Shown one piece after another: positions 17,974 to 26,858 of a DNA stretch of 39,956 bases. The DNA comes from a virus. Taxonomy: Duplodnaviria; Caudoviricetes. Made by a program: the position numbers and the translations under genes. Position 1 is the first letter of the stretch; each line of letters opens with the position of its first letter. Below the pieces are notes generated by a model. It had not been told where the DNA came from. It saw nothing but the letters and a program-made list of their open reading frames with translations, and made no database searches. Location of the stretch: the IMG/VR virus record IMGVR_UViG_3300037851_000214, positions 1 through 39,956 of that record. One strand, 5' to 3'.

Positions 17974-18273
17974 ATGAAAAAGATACTCTTCATACTGCTG
18001 GTACTCACCAGCTGTAGTAAAACCGAAATCTTAGAAATCGAAAACGCTACCGCTTGCGGATCAGTATCCAACGTGGTTGACACGGACAACGTGATCACCT
18101 GGACAGGGGCGGGGCCGTGGATCATTCAACGCTACGATATGCAAGGATGGCCGATGCAAACGGATTCGGTCAATTTTCCAACAATGAAATATGAAAGGCA
18201 CATGATAGGATTTGTAAGGGTGCGCCCTCAATGCACCAGTACATGGAGCCGGTATGTGTATCTAAAAGGTTAG
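17974..18273 (+). CDS. Lipoprotein with FN3-like domain paralogous to the tail protein C-terminus
   Basis: MKKILFILLVLTS-C lipobox; shares VI.WTG, I.R.D, IG.VRV..C and VYL with 10311-10553. Confidence 0.78.
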   Translation: MKKILFILLVLTSCSKTEILEIENATACGSVSNVVDTDNVITWTGAGPWIIQRYDMQGWPMQTDSVNFPTMKYERHMIGFVRVRPQCTSTWSRYVYLKG

Positions 18274-18355
18274 TTGTTCTTAGGGTTTAGGGATCGATCA
18301 TGATTCCAAGGGTATAAACAAGCAACGCCCTGTGTTTCTACACTGGGGCTCATTT

Positions 18356-18484
18356 GATGGAGTGGCGGATGGGTAGACGCTATACTCGAAGATGGATACG
18401 CTGGGCGGTCTGCATAGGTGCACTAATGTAAGACGGGCGCAAGGAAAAGAGTTCATCGAGCAGGTTCGAGTCCTGCCTCCATCA
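18356..18484 (+). ncRNA. tRNA-like RNA with expanded anticodon region
   Basis: Acceptor GATGGAG/CTCCATC + A; D-arm GCG-GATGGGTAGA-CGC; T-arm GCAGG-TTCGAGT-CCTGC; 78 nt between D and T arms; no encoded CCA. Confidence 0.8.
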
Positions 18485-18580
18485 CTGTTTTTGGTAAGAA
18501 AATTTGAGGGTTTTTACACGGGAGCTTTTTTCAAATCGCTCCCTCTTTTATCCTGTATCAATCAAAACTATTTAACGAAC

Positions 18581-18862
18581 ATGAGGCGACAACAATCCGT
18601 ATTGATCACCGTACTGAGTACCCAGATCAATCATAAGAAAGTCTACGTTGAAGGGCTATCCCGCAGATCCTGGGATAACCGCCTGCTCATTACCTCCCAC
18701 ACAGAAGATCCCGAACACGCTCGGGAATTCCTGAACGAAACACACGCAGAAGAAACTAAGCTCCGCCTGGTTAACCACCACGGTAGGGAGTACAACATCG
18801 AGTGTATCATGGTGCCGGTATCCAAGCGCCATTCACTCATGGACAATGATGAATTAACCTAA
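18581..18862 (+). CDS. Hypothetical protein (start reassigned to ATG 18581)
   Basis: ORF-track start at 18392 runs through the tRNA-like RNA. Confidence 0.65.
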   Translation: MRRQQSVLITVLSTQINHKKVYVEGLSRRSWDNRLLITSHTEDPEHAREFLNETHAEETKLRLVNHHGREYNIECIMVPVSKRHSLMDNDELT

Positions 18863-18877
18863 CCCCAACCCATTAAG

Positions 18878-19330
18878 ATGAATCCTGAAATTGAGCGCCA
18901 ACAGGCAGAAGATGTTAAACGTATGCGTGATCAGCTGGCCATGCACGCCAACCTCCGCAATATTGCCCTGGAAGATCTGGAAACACAAAAAGCCCTGGTG
19001 AATGGAATTAAGAAAGTTCCCCAGGCTAAGATCATCGACCAGGCACAGCAGCTGGAACATAAGATCCTACCTGCCATCCTGCAAAAAGCCGGGGGAGATG
19101 TGACCAATGAAAACTATGTCTACTGGCGCTCTGTACTGGATTCACTTAACTGGTTGCTCCATGTAACCGATTACGCCATCCGGTTGGAGGAAAGGGTCAG
19201 CCGCATCAAGCACCAGCTGGTTTACTACCAAAAACTGAGTGCCAGGCTCGAAGTAGAATTGGCCACCTACACTACCATGGATAGGGTTATCACTACCGAT
19301 TTGATCACTGACTACACCACGAAGAAATGA
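18878..19330 (+). CDS. Hypothetical coiled-coil protein
   Basis: 150 aa; ATGA-coupled to the helicase gene. Confidence 0.75.
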   Translation: MNPEIERQQAEDVKRMRDQLAMHANLRNIALEDLETQKALVNGIKKVPQAKIIDQAQQLEHKILPAILQKAGGDVTNENYVYWRSVLDSLNWLLHVTDYAIRLEERVSRIKHQLVYYQKLSARLEVELATYTTMDRVITTDLITDYTTKK

Positions 19331-21519
19331 GCTTAGATATAGATATCCTGAACGTTGACCCTACGGAGAGCTGGCCCAATGAGAAAAAAAGATACTGGCA
19401 CCGGCTGCAGATCCTGACCCAGCGCATCATTGAAAAGGCAGTGGACATCACCTCCAACATGGGAAAGGATCACTACCACATCGCCTGCACCTATGCCTAC
19501 TATGCAGAAGATAAAAGAGCCAATGAATTGTTTCACCAGGTATCCCAGCTGGCACAGGATTACGACTATGACAAAGCCCAGGATCTATGGCAGCGAGTAC
19601 TTCCAAAAACCCAGGTCAAAAGTTTGGCAAGGATCACCAAAATCTGCCGATTCTTTGAAATAGATACAGAGTTTGAAGATGAAGGGGTTCCTGAATCAAA
19701 GCCCTCTGAATTCCTGCCCGATGGAGTCAATGAAGAGTTCTTTGATACCTACGGATTCTTTGAAAAGAAAAACCAATACTTCACACTGGAATCAGCTGGA
19801 TCAGGAAAGTGGAAGCCAGTGGCCTTTACCAATTTCGTCATGAAGGTTCTCTTCCACATGAATAACGGAATGCAGCCGCGTCGGGTGATAGAGATCACCA
19901 ATGTGAAGGGTAGGAGTAAGATAGTGGACATCCCAACAGACAAGCTGGTTAGCAAGAACGAGTTCAAAAAGTTCTGCGAGGGATTGGGCAACTACCGCTT
20001 TTTTGGGTCAGATGGAAAGCTGGATATGATCAAAGCCTACCTCTATGAACAGGAAAACGAGTGCCAGGAGATCAGTGTTTTAGGATGGCATGAGGATGGG
20101 TTTTGGAGCTGGAGCAACGGCGTTTATAATGCCAGGTTCAACCCACTTGACCATAACGGTTTTGTGGAGCTGCATGATAAGCATTACTACATCCCATCGG
20201 GTAACCAGCAGCAACCAAACCGCCACCGCAGGTACTCCAATGAGCTACGCTTCAGGCATTTCCCGGATCAGATATCAACCTTCACAGAGTGGAGTAAAAT
20301 GTATCATGATGTATTCCCAACCAATGGCGCCACTATACTCACATTCACCGTGGCCTGCCTGTTCTCTGACATTGTTTTCAATACCAAACAGTTTTTCCCG
20401 CTGCTCTTTATATATGGAGAGGGAGGTTCCGGTAAAGGTTCAGCCATCAAGATGGCGCAGCGTCTATATGGAGTTCCCCAGGATCCGCTGACACTTTCCG
20501 GTAAGGCCAACACGGATAAAGCCAAGATTGCCATATTCGCGCAGTTCGTCAATACCATGCTCTTACTGGAAGAGTATACCCCTAACCATGACACCGACCA
20601 GCTGCTGAAAAACTTATGGGATCGCTACGGTTACAAGCGCAGAACCATGGACATGGGATATGGAACAGAAACCGTACCCATTCAATCCGGGGTAGCGATC
20701 ACCGCCAACTTCACCCCATCAGATGATCCTTTGCTTCAACGGGTGATATACCTGGATCACAACGTGAACCAGTTTAGCCAGGAGGCGCACCAAAAGTTCA
20801 ACCGCTTAAAAGAGTATTCCGAGAAAGGAATTACCCACTGCACCCATGAACTATTGAGCAAGCGCCCGGTGATCGAGGCCAAGTTCAGGGAATGCCAGAT
20901 GGAAACCTACAAAGAGATCAAATCCAAGAATGCTGCACTGGCTTCCTGCACAGACAGGATGATTGAGAACATCTCCGTGCTGGTCACCATCTATACCATT
21001 CTTTCGGATAACCTGATCACCTTCCCCTTTACCCGTGATCACCTGATGGATGAGCTGGTGAGTACCACCATCAAACAGAACGAGAAACGCGACAGCGGGG
21101 GTGAGGTGCAGAAGTTCTTTGACATCTTCCTTTCCGGTGTTCAGAAAGGTGACCTGATGGAAGATGTTCACTTCAAGCTGGATAACAAACACCTATACTT
21201 TAATGTGAAGCAGGTATATGGGGTCTACGCCCAATACCACCGGATGTTCTACAATAACCAGGGATTGACGCAAGGAAACCTGAGAGATAAACTGAAGATC
21301 CACCCCAGCTATTCAGGATATGATGAATGTGTTCGGATCGGTGAGTCCAGGACAAGTTCCTACCTGTTCCATTATGACCGGATAGGTATAGACCTGATCA
21401 CTGCCAGCAATGTGTACAGGGGAACCAGGAAACTTAAAAATGCGATCCATGAATCCTTTGAAGATAAAGTTAACCGGCAGAAGGGGTTTGAACCAGTGGA
21501 GGGCGGGCCGCTATTTTAA
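19327..21519 (+). CDS. Replication protein: PriCT-2-like N-terminus plus P-loop helicase/ATPase
   Basis: ELFHQVSQL...YDYDKA...W helical motif; Walker A GEGGSGKG; Walker B LLLEEY; AITAN sensor. Confidence 0.8.
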   Translation: MSLDIDILNVDPTESWPNEKKRYWHRLQILTQRIIEKAVDITSNMGKDHYHIACTYAYYAEDKRANELFHQVSQLAQDYDYDKAQDLWQRVLPKTQVKSLARITKICRFFEIDTEFEDEGVPESKPSEFLPDGVNEEFFDTYGFFEKKNQYFTLESAGSGKWKPVAFTNFVMKVLFHMNNGMQPRRVIEITNVKGRSKIVDIPTDKLVSKNEFKKFCEGLGNYRFFGSDGKLDMIKAYLYEQENECQEISVLGWHEDGFWSWSNGVYNARFNPLDHNGFVELHDKHYYIPSGNQQQPNRHRRYSNELRFRHFPDQISTFTEWSKMYHDVFPTNGATILTFTVACLFSDIVFNTKQFFPLLFIYGEGGSGKGSAIKMAQRLYGVPQDPLTLSGKANTDKAKIAIFAQFVNTMLLLEEYTPNHDTDQLLKNLWDRYGYKRRTMDMGYGTETVPIQSGVAITANFTPSDDPLLQRVIYLDHNVNQFSQEAHQKFNRLKEYSEKGITHCTHELLSKRPVIEAKFRECQMETYKEIKSKNAALASCTDRMIENISVLVTIYTILSDNLITFPFTRDHLMDELVSTTIKQNEKRDSGGEVQKFFDIFLSGVQKGDLMEDVHFKLDNKHLYFNVKQVYGVYAQYHRMFYNNQGLTQGNLRDKLKIHPSYSGYDECVRIGESRTSSYLFHYDRIGIDLITASNVYRGTRKLKNAIHESFEDKVNRQKGFEPVEGGPLF

Positions 21520-21531
21520 CAAATAAATGTA

Positions 21532-21790
21532 GTCAGGAACACAAAAACCTAAGTTTTTCAAACCTGACAAAGCCTGACACTGACAAAATAGATAAATAAT
21601 TAAAAATCAATAAATAATGAATAAAAAATACTCTAATGCTGTCAGGTTCTGTCAGGTTGCGTCAGAAACACAATTTTTAAACCTGACGCTTCCTGACAAA
21701 AAAGGGGTCAAACCTGACACTTAAAAAAGAAGAAAAGCCGCATCCAGCTTGAGTTCTATTGATTTTGTCAGGTTTGTCAGGTTTGTCAGG
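21532..21790. repeat. Putative replication origin: ~13 CCTGAC(A)/(T)GTCAGG iterons around an AT-rich tract
   Basis: Copies at 21532, 21563, 21573, 21580, 21640, 21650, 21660, 21682, 21692, 21713, 21766, 21775, 21784; AT-rich 21586-21635. Confidence 0.8.
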
Positions 21791-21830
21791 CACGTTTTGC
21801 GCCTCCCACAATCAAAAACACAATTTTTTT

Positions 21831-22349
21831 ATGATTATTTCAGCATACGCCATCCCCGGAAAGCAATTCAGAGATCCGCTTCCCATTCGTCACGGCAACA
21901 CGCCCGGCAGTATTATACCCAAAATAAAGTATGTAGTCCTGGACTATTTCGGGCTTACAGACCAGAAGGTATTCCGCAAAACCCGGAAGCGCGAAGCGGT
22001 ACTTGCCCGGCAGATCATGCACTATCTGGCAAGGAAGCATACCCAGCTTTCCCTGAAAAAGATCGGTTTAGAGTTCCACCACGGGGATAAGCATGACCAT
22101 ACCACCATCAGGCATTCAGTGATCACCATTCAAAACTTGATAGAAACAGACCCGGTTGTTAAGGGATACGTAGAAACCCTGACCCAGATGATCGGGCTGG
22201 ATCATGAAGAAATGATGCTGCTGAAAAACAAAACCAAGTTTGCTCCACTGGATAAGCCAGCGGTTAAGCCAGCGCCTACCAAAGTGATCCCGATGAGCCG
22301 GGCCAATACGCTCAGTGAGCAGGAAAAAACAATCGCTAAATATTTATAA
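21831..22349 (+). CDS. DnaA C-terminal (domain IV)-like DNA-binding protein (start reassigned to ATG 21831)
   Basis: RKREAVLARQIMHYL...SLKKIG.EF...DHTTIRHS signature. Confidence 0.88.
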   Translation: MIISAYAIPGKQFRDPLPIRHGNTPGSIIPKIKYVVLDYFGLTDQKVFRKTRKREAVLARQIMHYLARKHTQLSLKKIGLEFHHGDKHDHTTIRHSVITIQNLIETDPVVKGYVETLTQMIGLDHEEMMLLKNKTKFAPLDKPAVKPAPTKVIPMSRANTLSEQEKTIAKYL

Positions 22350-22359
22350 AACCAACGCC

Positions 22360-23118
22360 ATGAACCATACTGCCTCAGATGTGAAAGTATACGTCACCTC
22401 AGATTATAAAATGTTCAACCGTATCAAGGGCAATAGAATACTTAATAATCTCAAGATAAAAAAGATGGTTAGGGATATGAAGCACGGTCTAAACTTTTTG
22501 GCAGACTTCCCTATAGTGACTTCAGTAGAAAATGGCAAACTATCTGTTCACGATGGTCAACATCGATTTGAAGCAGCAAAGCAGATGAAAAAGCCAGTAT
22601 ACTATATCATACGAAAGGAGACTATGACGCTTGACAATATGGCCCGGGTTAATTCTCTCCAGGAGAAATGGAAGCCCCGTGATTTTATTAATTGCTATAT
22701 CGAGAAAGGTATAAAAGATTACGGGGTACTCAATGATTTTGTTGATGACTATGGAACCCCTGTATTGGTAGCAATAAAATTACTGTACCAGGGCGTGACC
22801 GGCGGTGATGGCGGTGCAACAGAAGAGCTTAGGAAAATATTTGAACATGGAGAATTTAAAGCCAAGCATACTAAACAGGCCAAGGAAATTATGGAAACCT
22901 GCAAATTATTCGCACAGTTTGAAAGTTGGAATAGCCGTCCATTCATTGTAGCAATTACTAAAGTATTAAGCTCAGATAAATGTGATTTTGATGAGCTGCT
23001 GGATAAGTTTAATAAGTATCCAGAGATGCTTACTAAACATGGTACAGCAAAAGATTACCTGGTAAACCTTGAACAGATCTATAACAAGGGCAAGCACAAA
23101 AGGGAGGTGATTTACTAA
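22360..23118 (+). CDS. ParB/Srx-like N-terminal domain protein (start reassigned to ATG 22360)
   Basis: GNR, PIV, DGQHR motifs. Confidence 0.8.
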   Translation: MNHTASDVKVYVTSDYKMFNRIKGNRILNNLKIKKMVRDMKHGLNFLADFPIVTSVENGKLSVHDGQHRFEAAKQMKKPVYYIIRKETMTLDNMARVNSLQEKWKPRDFINCYIEKGIKDYGVLNDFVDDYGTPVLVAIKLLYQGVTGGDGGATEELRKIFEHGEFKAKHTKQAKEIMETCKLFAQFESWNSRPFIVAITKVLSSDKCDFDELLDKFNKYPEMLTKHGTAKDYLVNLEQIYNKGKHKREVIY

Positions 23119-23327
23119 TGAAAATATCAGTTGGCAGCTCAACAAACGACATCATTGCTACCATTAAGTGTATGGCCTACGCTATCACAGTTGATGATCT
23201 CAAGGATTCCCTCCGCGAAGAAAAAAGAACCAGAGATAGGAAAGCCCTGGTAAAGTTTTTAGAAAATAGAATCAAATCTTATGAAAGAGCTGGTACTAAT
23301 CCTTATGCTCCACCTGAGTCCTACTGA
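23118..23327 (+). CDS. Hypothetical protein
   Basis: TAATG overlap with upstream gene. Confidence 0.65.
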   Translation: MKISVGSSTNDIIATIKCMAYAITVDDLKDSLREEKRTRDRKALVKFLENRIKSYERAGTNPYAPPESY

Positions 23328-23481
23328 TAGTACCTGGTGCCCGGTACTTGAACATCCACACAAGAAACAATTCAGGTATGGCCAATGGATGAAAAAGCAG
23401 GGGCTATGGCAGCGCCCACGGATCTGCAACAAGAAAGGATGTCCGAATTATAAAATCAAACAATATCAATATGGCAAGTAA
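23281..23481 (+). CDS. Hypothetical protein
   Basis: Fills the operon gap; N-terminal hydrophobic stretch, three Cys. Confidence 0.45.
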   Translation: MKELVLILMLHLSPTDSTWCPVLEHPHKKQFRYGQWMKKQGLWQRPRICNKKGCPNYKIKQYQYGK

Positions 23482-23695
23482 AAACTACATCCCTGGTCAA
23501 TGGCCAAAAGAGGAAGAGGAAATGGTGGAGATTCCATTTAAGTCTACAGACAATACACCAACTAATTGGAAAGCATTCCTGCTTTGGCTGGCTTTTTTCA
23601 TCTCCCTCCTGGCTGTAGTAGTAATCCTTGGCGGCTGCTCCACAGCCAAACGCACCCAGTTCAAAAATCACTGCAACGTTCAAATGGTAGGATGA
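23471..23695 (+). CDS. Small membrane protein/possible lipoprotein
   Basis: TM segment ending LGG-C. Confidence 0.6.
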   Translation: MASKNYIPGQWPKEEEEMVEIPFKSTDNTPTNWKAFLLWLAFFISLLAVVVILGGCSTAKRTQFKNHCNVQMVG

Positions 23696-23979
23696 TGGAA
23701 AACAACCTGATCTATGAATACTGCCTTGGGCACAAGGTGGCCATCAGTTTCAAAACAGTACAGGAGCTGCAGATCATTCTTGCACTGTTCAAGATGCAGA
23801 ACTACACGAAAATGCAATCTGGCACTGTGTCGTTTTTTGTGGAACATTCCAAGGATTCCGTGACCAGGTTTCGGGCCACATCCCTTGGATGGATGGGTAA
23901 TGACTACATCCACATCACAGCGCAGGATTTTTTTACGCTGGCGCTGCCCAACAAAAGCATACTGGAAGCAATAAAATAA
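23692..23979 (+). CDS. Hypothetical protein (start reassigned to ATG 23692)
   Basis: ATGA overlap with upstream gene. Confidence 0.6.
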   Translation: MMENNLIYEYCLGHKVAISFKTVQELQIILALFKMQNYTKMQSGTVSFFVEHSKDSVTRFRATSLGWMGNDYIHITAQDFFTLALPNKSILEAIK

Positions 23980-23984
23980 CATAT

Positions 23985-24233
23985 ATGACAATCGAAAAAT
24001 TAAATCTCGCTCAGACCATTCATGCATCAATCGAAACCTTAGCAGAAAATAGAAAACAATTTGGCTCAGCAGTTAACGAATTTTTACGGAGAGACAAATT
24101 TGCCCGCATATATCCTGGCATGGACTATTCTTCCCTGATTACTGCTGCTGCAAACGAGGCGGCTGCTCATTTTGACCAGGTTATTGCCAAGGAAATTGAG
24201 AGACTAACAGCAGAGTTTGAAGCCATCAAGTGA
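23985..24233 (+). CDS. Hypothetical protein
   Basis: 82-aa helical ORF. Confidence 0.7.
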   Translation: MTIEKLNLAQTIHASIETLAENRKQFGSAVNEFLRRDKFARIYPGMDYSSLITAAANEAAAHFDQVIAKEIERLTAEFEAIK

Positions 24234-24355
24234 GCGAACCGGCCACCATATTATCCCTACCGCTCACGGAAGAAGAGGAAAAATTGGCTAAATTAATAGC
24301 CGAGATCCTGGTTAATTATGTATTAGAAAAAACCAACAAGCATGAACAAGGATGA
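24230..24355 (+). CDS. 41-aa protein, candidate recombination directionality factor (not in ORF track)
   Basis: GTGA overlap; MSEPATILSLPLTEEEEKLAKLIAEILVNYVLEKTNKHEQG; close to the recombinase gene. Confidence 0.5.
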   Translation: MSEPATILSLPLTEEEEKLAKLIAEILVNYVLEKTNKHEQG

Positions 24356-24680
24356 TTCAAGCCCAATTTCTGCCGATGAAAACGGTGACCTTTGGGCAGT
24401 CCTGAAATGTAAAAAACCAACAAGCATGAATGATAATAAGGTAACCATCGAATCAAAGCCAAAGTATCAATTAAATTACCCCACACTTACGCCTGATAGT
24501 GTTCAGAACTTTTTCAAGCACGCAGATAATTTAATTGAGCGGTCTATTGGCGGCCCGTATAAATTCATTGGGATTTGCGAGCCGTTTTGTACTGCATTGT
24601 GCAATACTATAGGTGGCAGATACAGAGGATACGAGATATTGTCGTATGGGCATAATGTGAATGAGCTTTATCTTTTATGA
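24342..24680 (+). CDS. Hypothetical protein (alternative start 24426)
   Basis: Two in-frame ATGs, each inside a duplicated 20-bp leader. Confidence 0.55.
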   Translation: MNKDDSSPISADENGDLWAVLKCKKPTSMNDNKVTIESKPKYQLNYPTLTPDSVQNFFKHADNLIERSIGGPYKFIGICEPFCTALCNTIGGRYRGYEILSYGHNVNELYLL

Positions 24681-26257
24681 AAAAGAAAGCCATCCGCTAT
24701 CTCCGTATCTCCAAAGAAAAGCAATCCAACTTCTCACTGGATGCTCAGGATACCTATACCCGTGGCTGGTGTGACCGTAACGAGGTAGAGATCACCGGCA
24801 CATTCATTGATGATGGCTATACCGCGCAAAACTTTGACCGCCCTGACTTTCAGAAGCTGGAAGAATTTATTCGCCAATACCACCGCACTGTTGACTACCT
24901 GGTAGTGAATTCCTTTGACCGCTTTTCCCGTGATGCCGGGGAAGCGTTAAGCAAGATTAAACAGCTCCAAAACAAATACTCCATCTCCATCGTATCTGTA
25001 GTGGAAGGGGTGACCTTTGACCGTAATGATCCGGGATCTTTTTTCTATACGGGCCTGCTGCTGCTGAAAGGGGAGGATGAACTGATCCGCCACAAGTATC
25101 GCATCAACATGGGCATCTACACCGCAAAAAAGAAGTTTGGCCGATACCTGGGTAAAGCACCATGGGGATACATCAACTACAAAGATGATACGGGCCGCCC
25201 CATGATCAAGCCGGATCCTGAAAAGGCGGAGGTGATCAAATACATCTACAAGCATTTCCTTTTAGGCGTGCCGTTCTATATCATTCGGGATGATGTCAGG
25301 AACATGGCCGGGGATATCATCAAATCCAACTCTGCCATGCAGCGCATCCTGACCTGCCCGGCTTATGCTGCCTACCTCATGGTAAAGCCAGTGCGCGATC
25401 TTCCCGGCGGCATGGTGGAAGGAACCTGGGAGCCAATTATTGACCGCCCCACCTGGCACATGGTACAGGAAAAGATCAAGGGCGGCAACCAAAAGATCAT
25501 CATTGATGACCAGCTACCGCTCCGTGGGGTGCTGAAATGCCACTGCGGTAAGATGCTCACCGGTGCCCCATCCAAAGGCAAGGCCGGGGGATGGTTCTAC
25601 TATTACAAATGTGTGAAGCCCCACAACAACCTATCCGCCAAGAAAGCCCATGCACAGCTTAAGGAAGCGCTATCCTACCTATCCCTACCGTCCAACATCA
25701 TAGCATCCATCAACAGCTACGCAGAGGAAACCATGGCCGCCAGATTGAGGGAGAATACGGTACTTGTGGAGTCCAAGCGCCGGGATTTGGTGACACTGGA
25801 AAAGCAGATACATAATTTGGAGGAAAAGTATATCAGCGACAAGATCCAGCATGATACTTATTTCCGCTGGCATTCAGAGTTCACCCAGAAAAAGGTAGAT
25901 ATCCGGTATCAGATCGACAGACTAAGCGCCGATCAGAACGAGGCGGTGCTATTACTCAGGGCAGAACTTCCCAAGCTCACTGATCTTGGATCAGTGTACG
26001 ACAGGGCCACCACTTTACAGAAGCAAAGCCTGATCTCTCAGGTGTTCGATAGGCAACTCTATTACAGAGAGGGTAGTTATCGAACCCCATACATCATGCC
26101 CATCTTCCTGCGGAACACCTTGATTCTAAAGGAAAAAAGCCTGCTGATTTATGAAGGCAGGGGCCAAAATCAGCAGGCTTTCCCATCAGGTGGAGCTGCT
26201 GGAACTGTAATCGAACACCTCACCCATTTCCTGGGGATCATCCGTCAGATAGCGTAA
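24677..26257 (+). CDS. Large serine recombinase (integrase)
   Basis: YLRIS catalytic Ser, Q..SL..Q, DRFSR, PWGY, Zn-ribbon LKCHCG...YYKC, coiled coil. Confidence 0.95.
   Translation: MKKKAIRYLRISKEKQSNFSLDAQDTYTRGWCDRNEVEITGTFIDDGYTAQNFDRPDFQKLEEFIRQYHRTVDYLVVNSFDRFSRDAGEALSKIKQLQNKYSISIVSVVEGVTFDRNDPGSFFYTGLLLLKGEDELIRHKYRINMGIYTAKKKFGRYLGKAPWGYINYKDDTGRPMIKPDPEKAEVIKYIYKHFLLGVPFYIIRDDVRNMAGDIIKSNSAMQRILTCPAYAAYLMVKPVRDLPGGMVEGTWEPIIDRPTWHMVQEKIKGGNQKIIIDDQLPLRGVLKCHCGKMLTGAPSKGKAGGWFYYYKCVKPHNNLSAKKAHAQLKEALSYLSLPSNIIASINSYAEETMAARLRENTVLVESKRRDLVTLEKQIHNLEEKYISDKIQHDTYFRWHSEFTQKKVDIRYQIDRLSADQNEAVLLLRAELPKLTDLGSVYDRATTLQKQSLISQVFDRQLYYREGSYRTPYIMPIFLRNTLILKEKSLLIYEGRGQNQQAFPSGGAAGTVIEHLTHFLGIIRQIA
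26187..26218 (-). other. Candidate attP resembling the 3' end of tmRNA/tRNA-Ala
   Basis: Minus strand GTTCGATT-ACAGTT-CCAGCAGCTCCACC. Confidence 0.55.
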
Positions 26258-26319
26258 AATGTTAATTGGTGAAATCTACCTTTTACCGTGCCTGACTTTA
26301 TTGCTATTATTATAACCCT

Positions 26320-26853
26320 ATGAGGACATTCGCGGTTAACATTCCCACGAAATCTTATCTGAGAAAATACCTGCATAAGCGTTTCGGCTACCCCATCCAA
26401 ATCAATAACCGCACCCTGATCGGCTCCGTACTGGTAGCCTACCTCAATAAAAAAGTCTATAACGACAGATCCAACCAGCTTGACTTATACAATACCTACG
26501 CCACCCTGAATGACCGCCTGGAATGTGTGGTGGCCCAGAATGAATTTTTTTACGGCATCCTTGGCCTACAGATAGAACCTGCCAAGGTCATCATCATCAA
26601 CCGGTATTTCGCAGCTCAGTTTGAAGATGATGTGTACCGCTTCTGCCAGCAGAACCTGACCACCAACGGCAAACATCCTGGTTATGACCGTGCGCTGGAA
26701 AAGTTTGCGGATATGTATGATATCGAATTTGATGTGGATATCACCTTTGAGGCGCTCAAGAAAATGGAATACCGCTACCGCAAAAAACTGGAAAGCAATT
26801 TAACCGCAAGCGTCCCACCATCAAAGTGCTTACAGCAGGCGCTTTTCCAGTAA
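26320..26853 (+). CDS. Hypothetical protein, candidate late-gene activator
   Basis: 177-aa basic-ended protein between the early operon and the first late-motif promoter; function inferred from position only. Confidence 0.6.
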   Translation: MRTFAVNIPTKSYLRKYLHKRFGYPIQINNRTLIGSVLVAYLNKKVYNDRSNQLDLYNTYATLNDRLECVVAQNEFFYGILGLQIEPAKVIIINRYFAAQFEDDVYRFCQQNLTTNGKHPGYDRALEKFADMYDIEFDVDITFEALKKMEYRYRKKLESNLTASVPPSKCLQQALFQ

Positions 26854-26858
26854 AATCC

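Noticed and set aside
18356-18484. Canonical decoding tRNA or group I intron-containing tRNA
   Set aside because: No 5-bp stem/7-nt loop with U33; the insert is far shorter than a group I intron
18392-18580. N-terminal extension of the 156-aa ORF
   Set aside because: Overlaps the tRNA-like RNA; ATG 18581 has the typical A-rich leader
21520-21790. Possible CRISPR array
   Set aside because: Repeats are only 6-9 bp, in mixed orientation, without regular spacers; no cas genes
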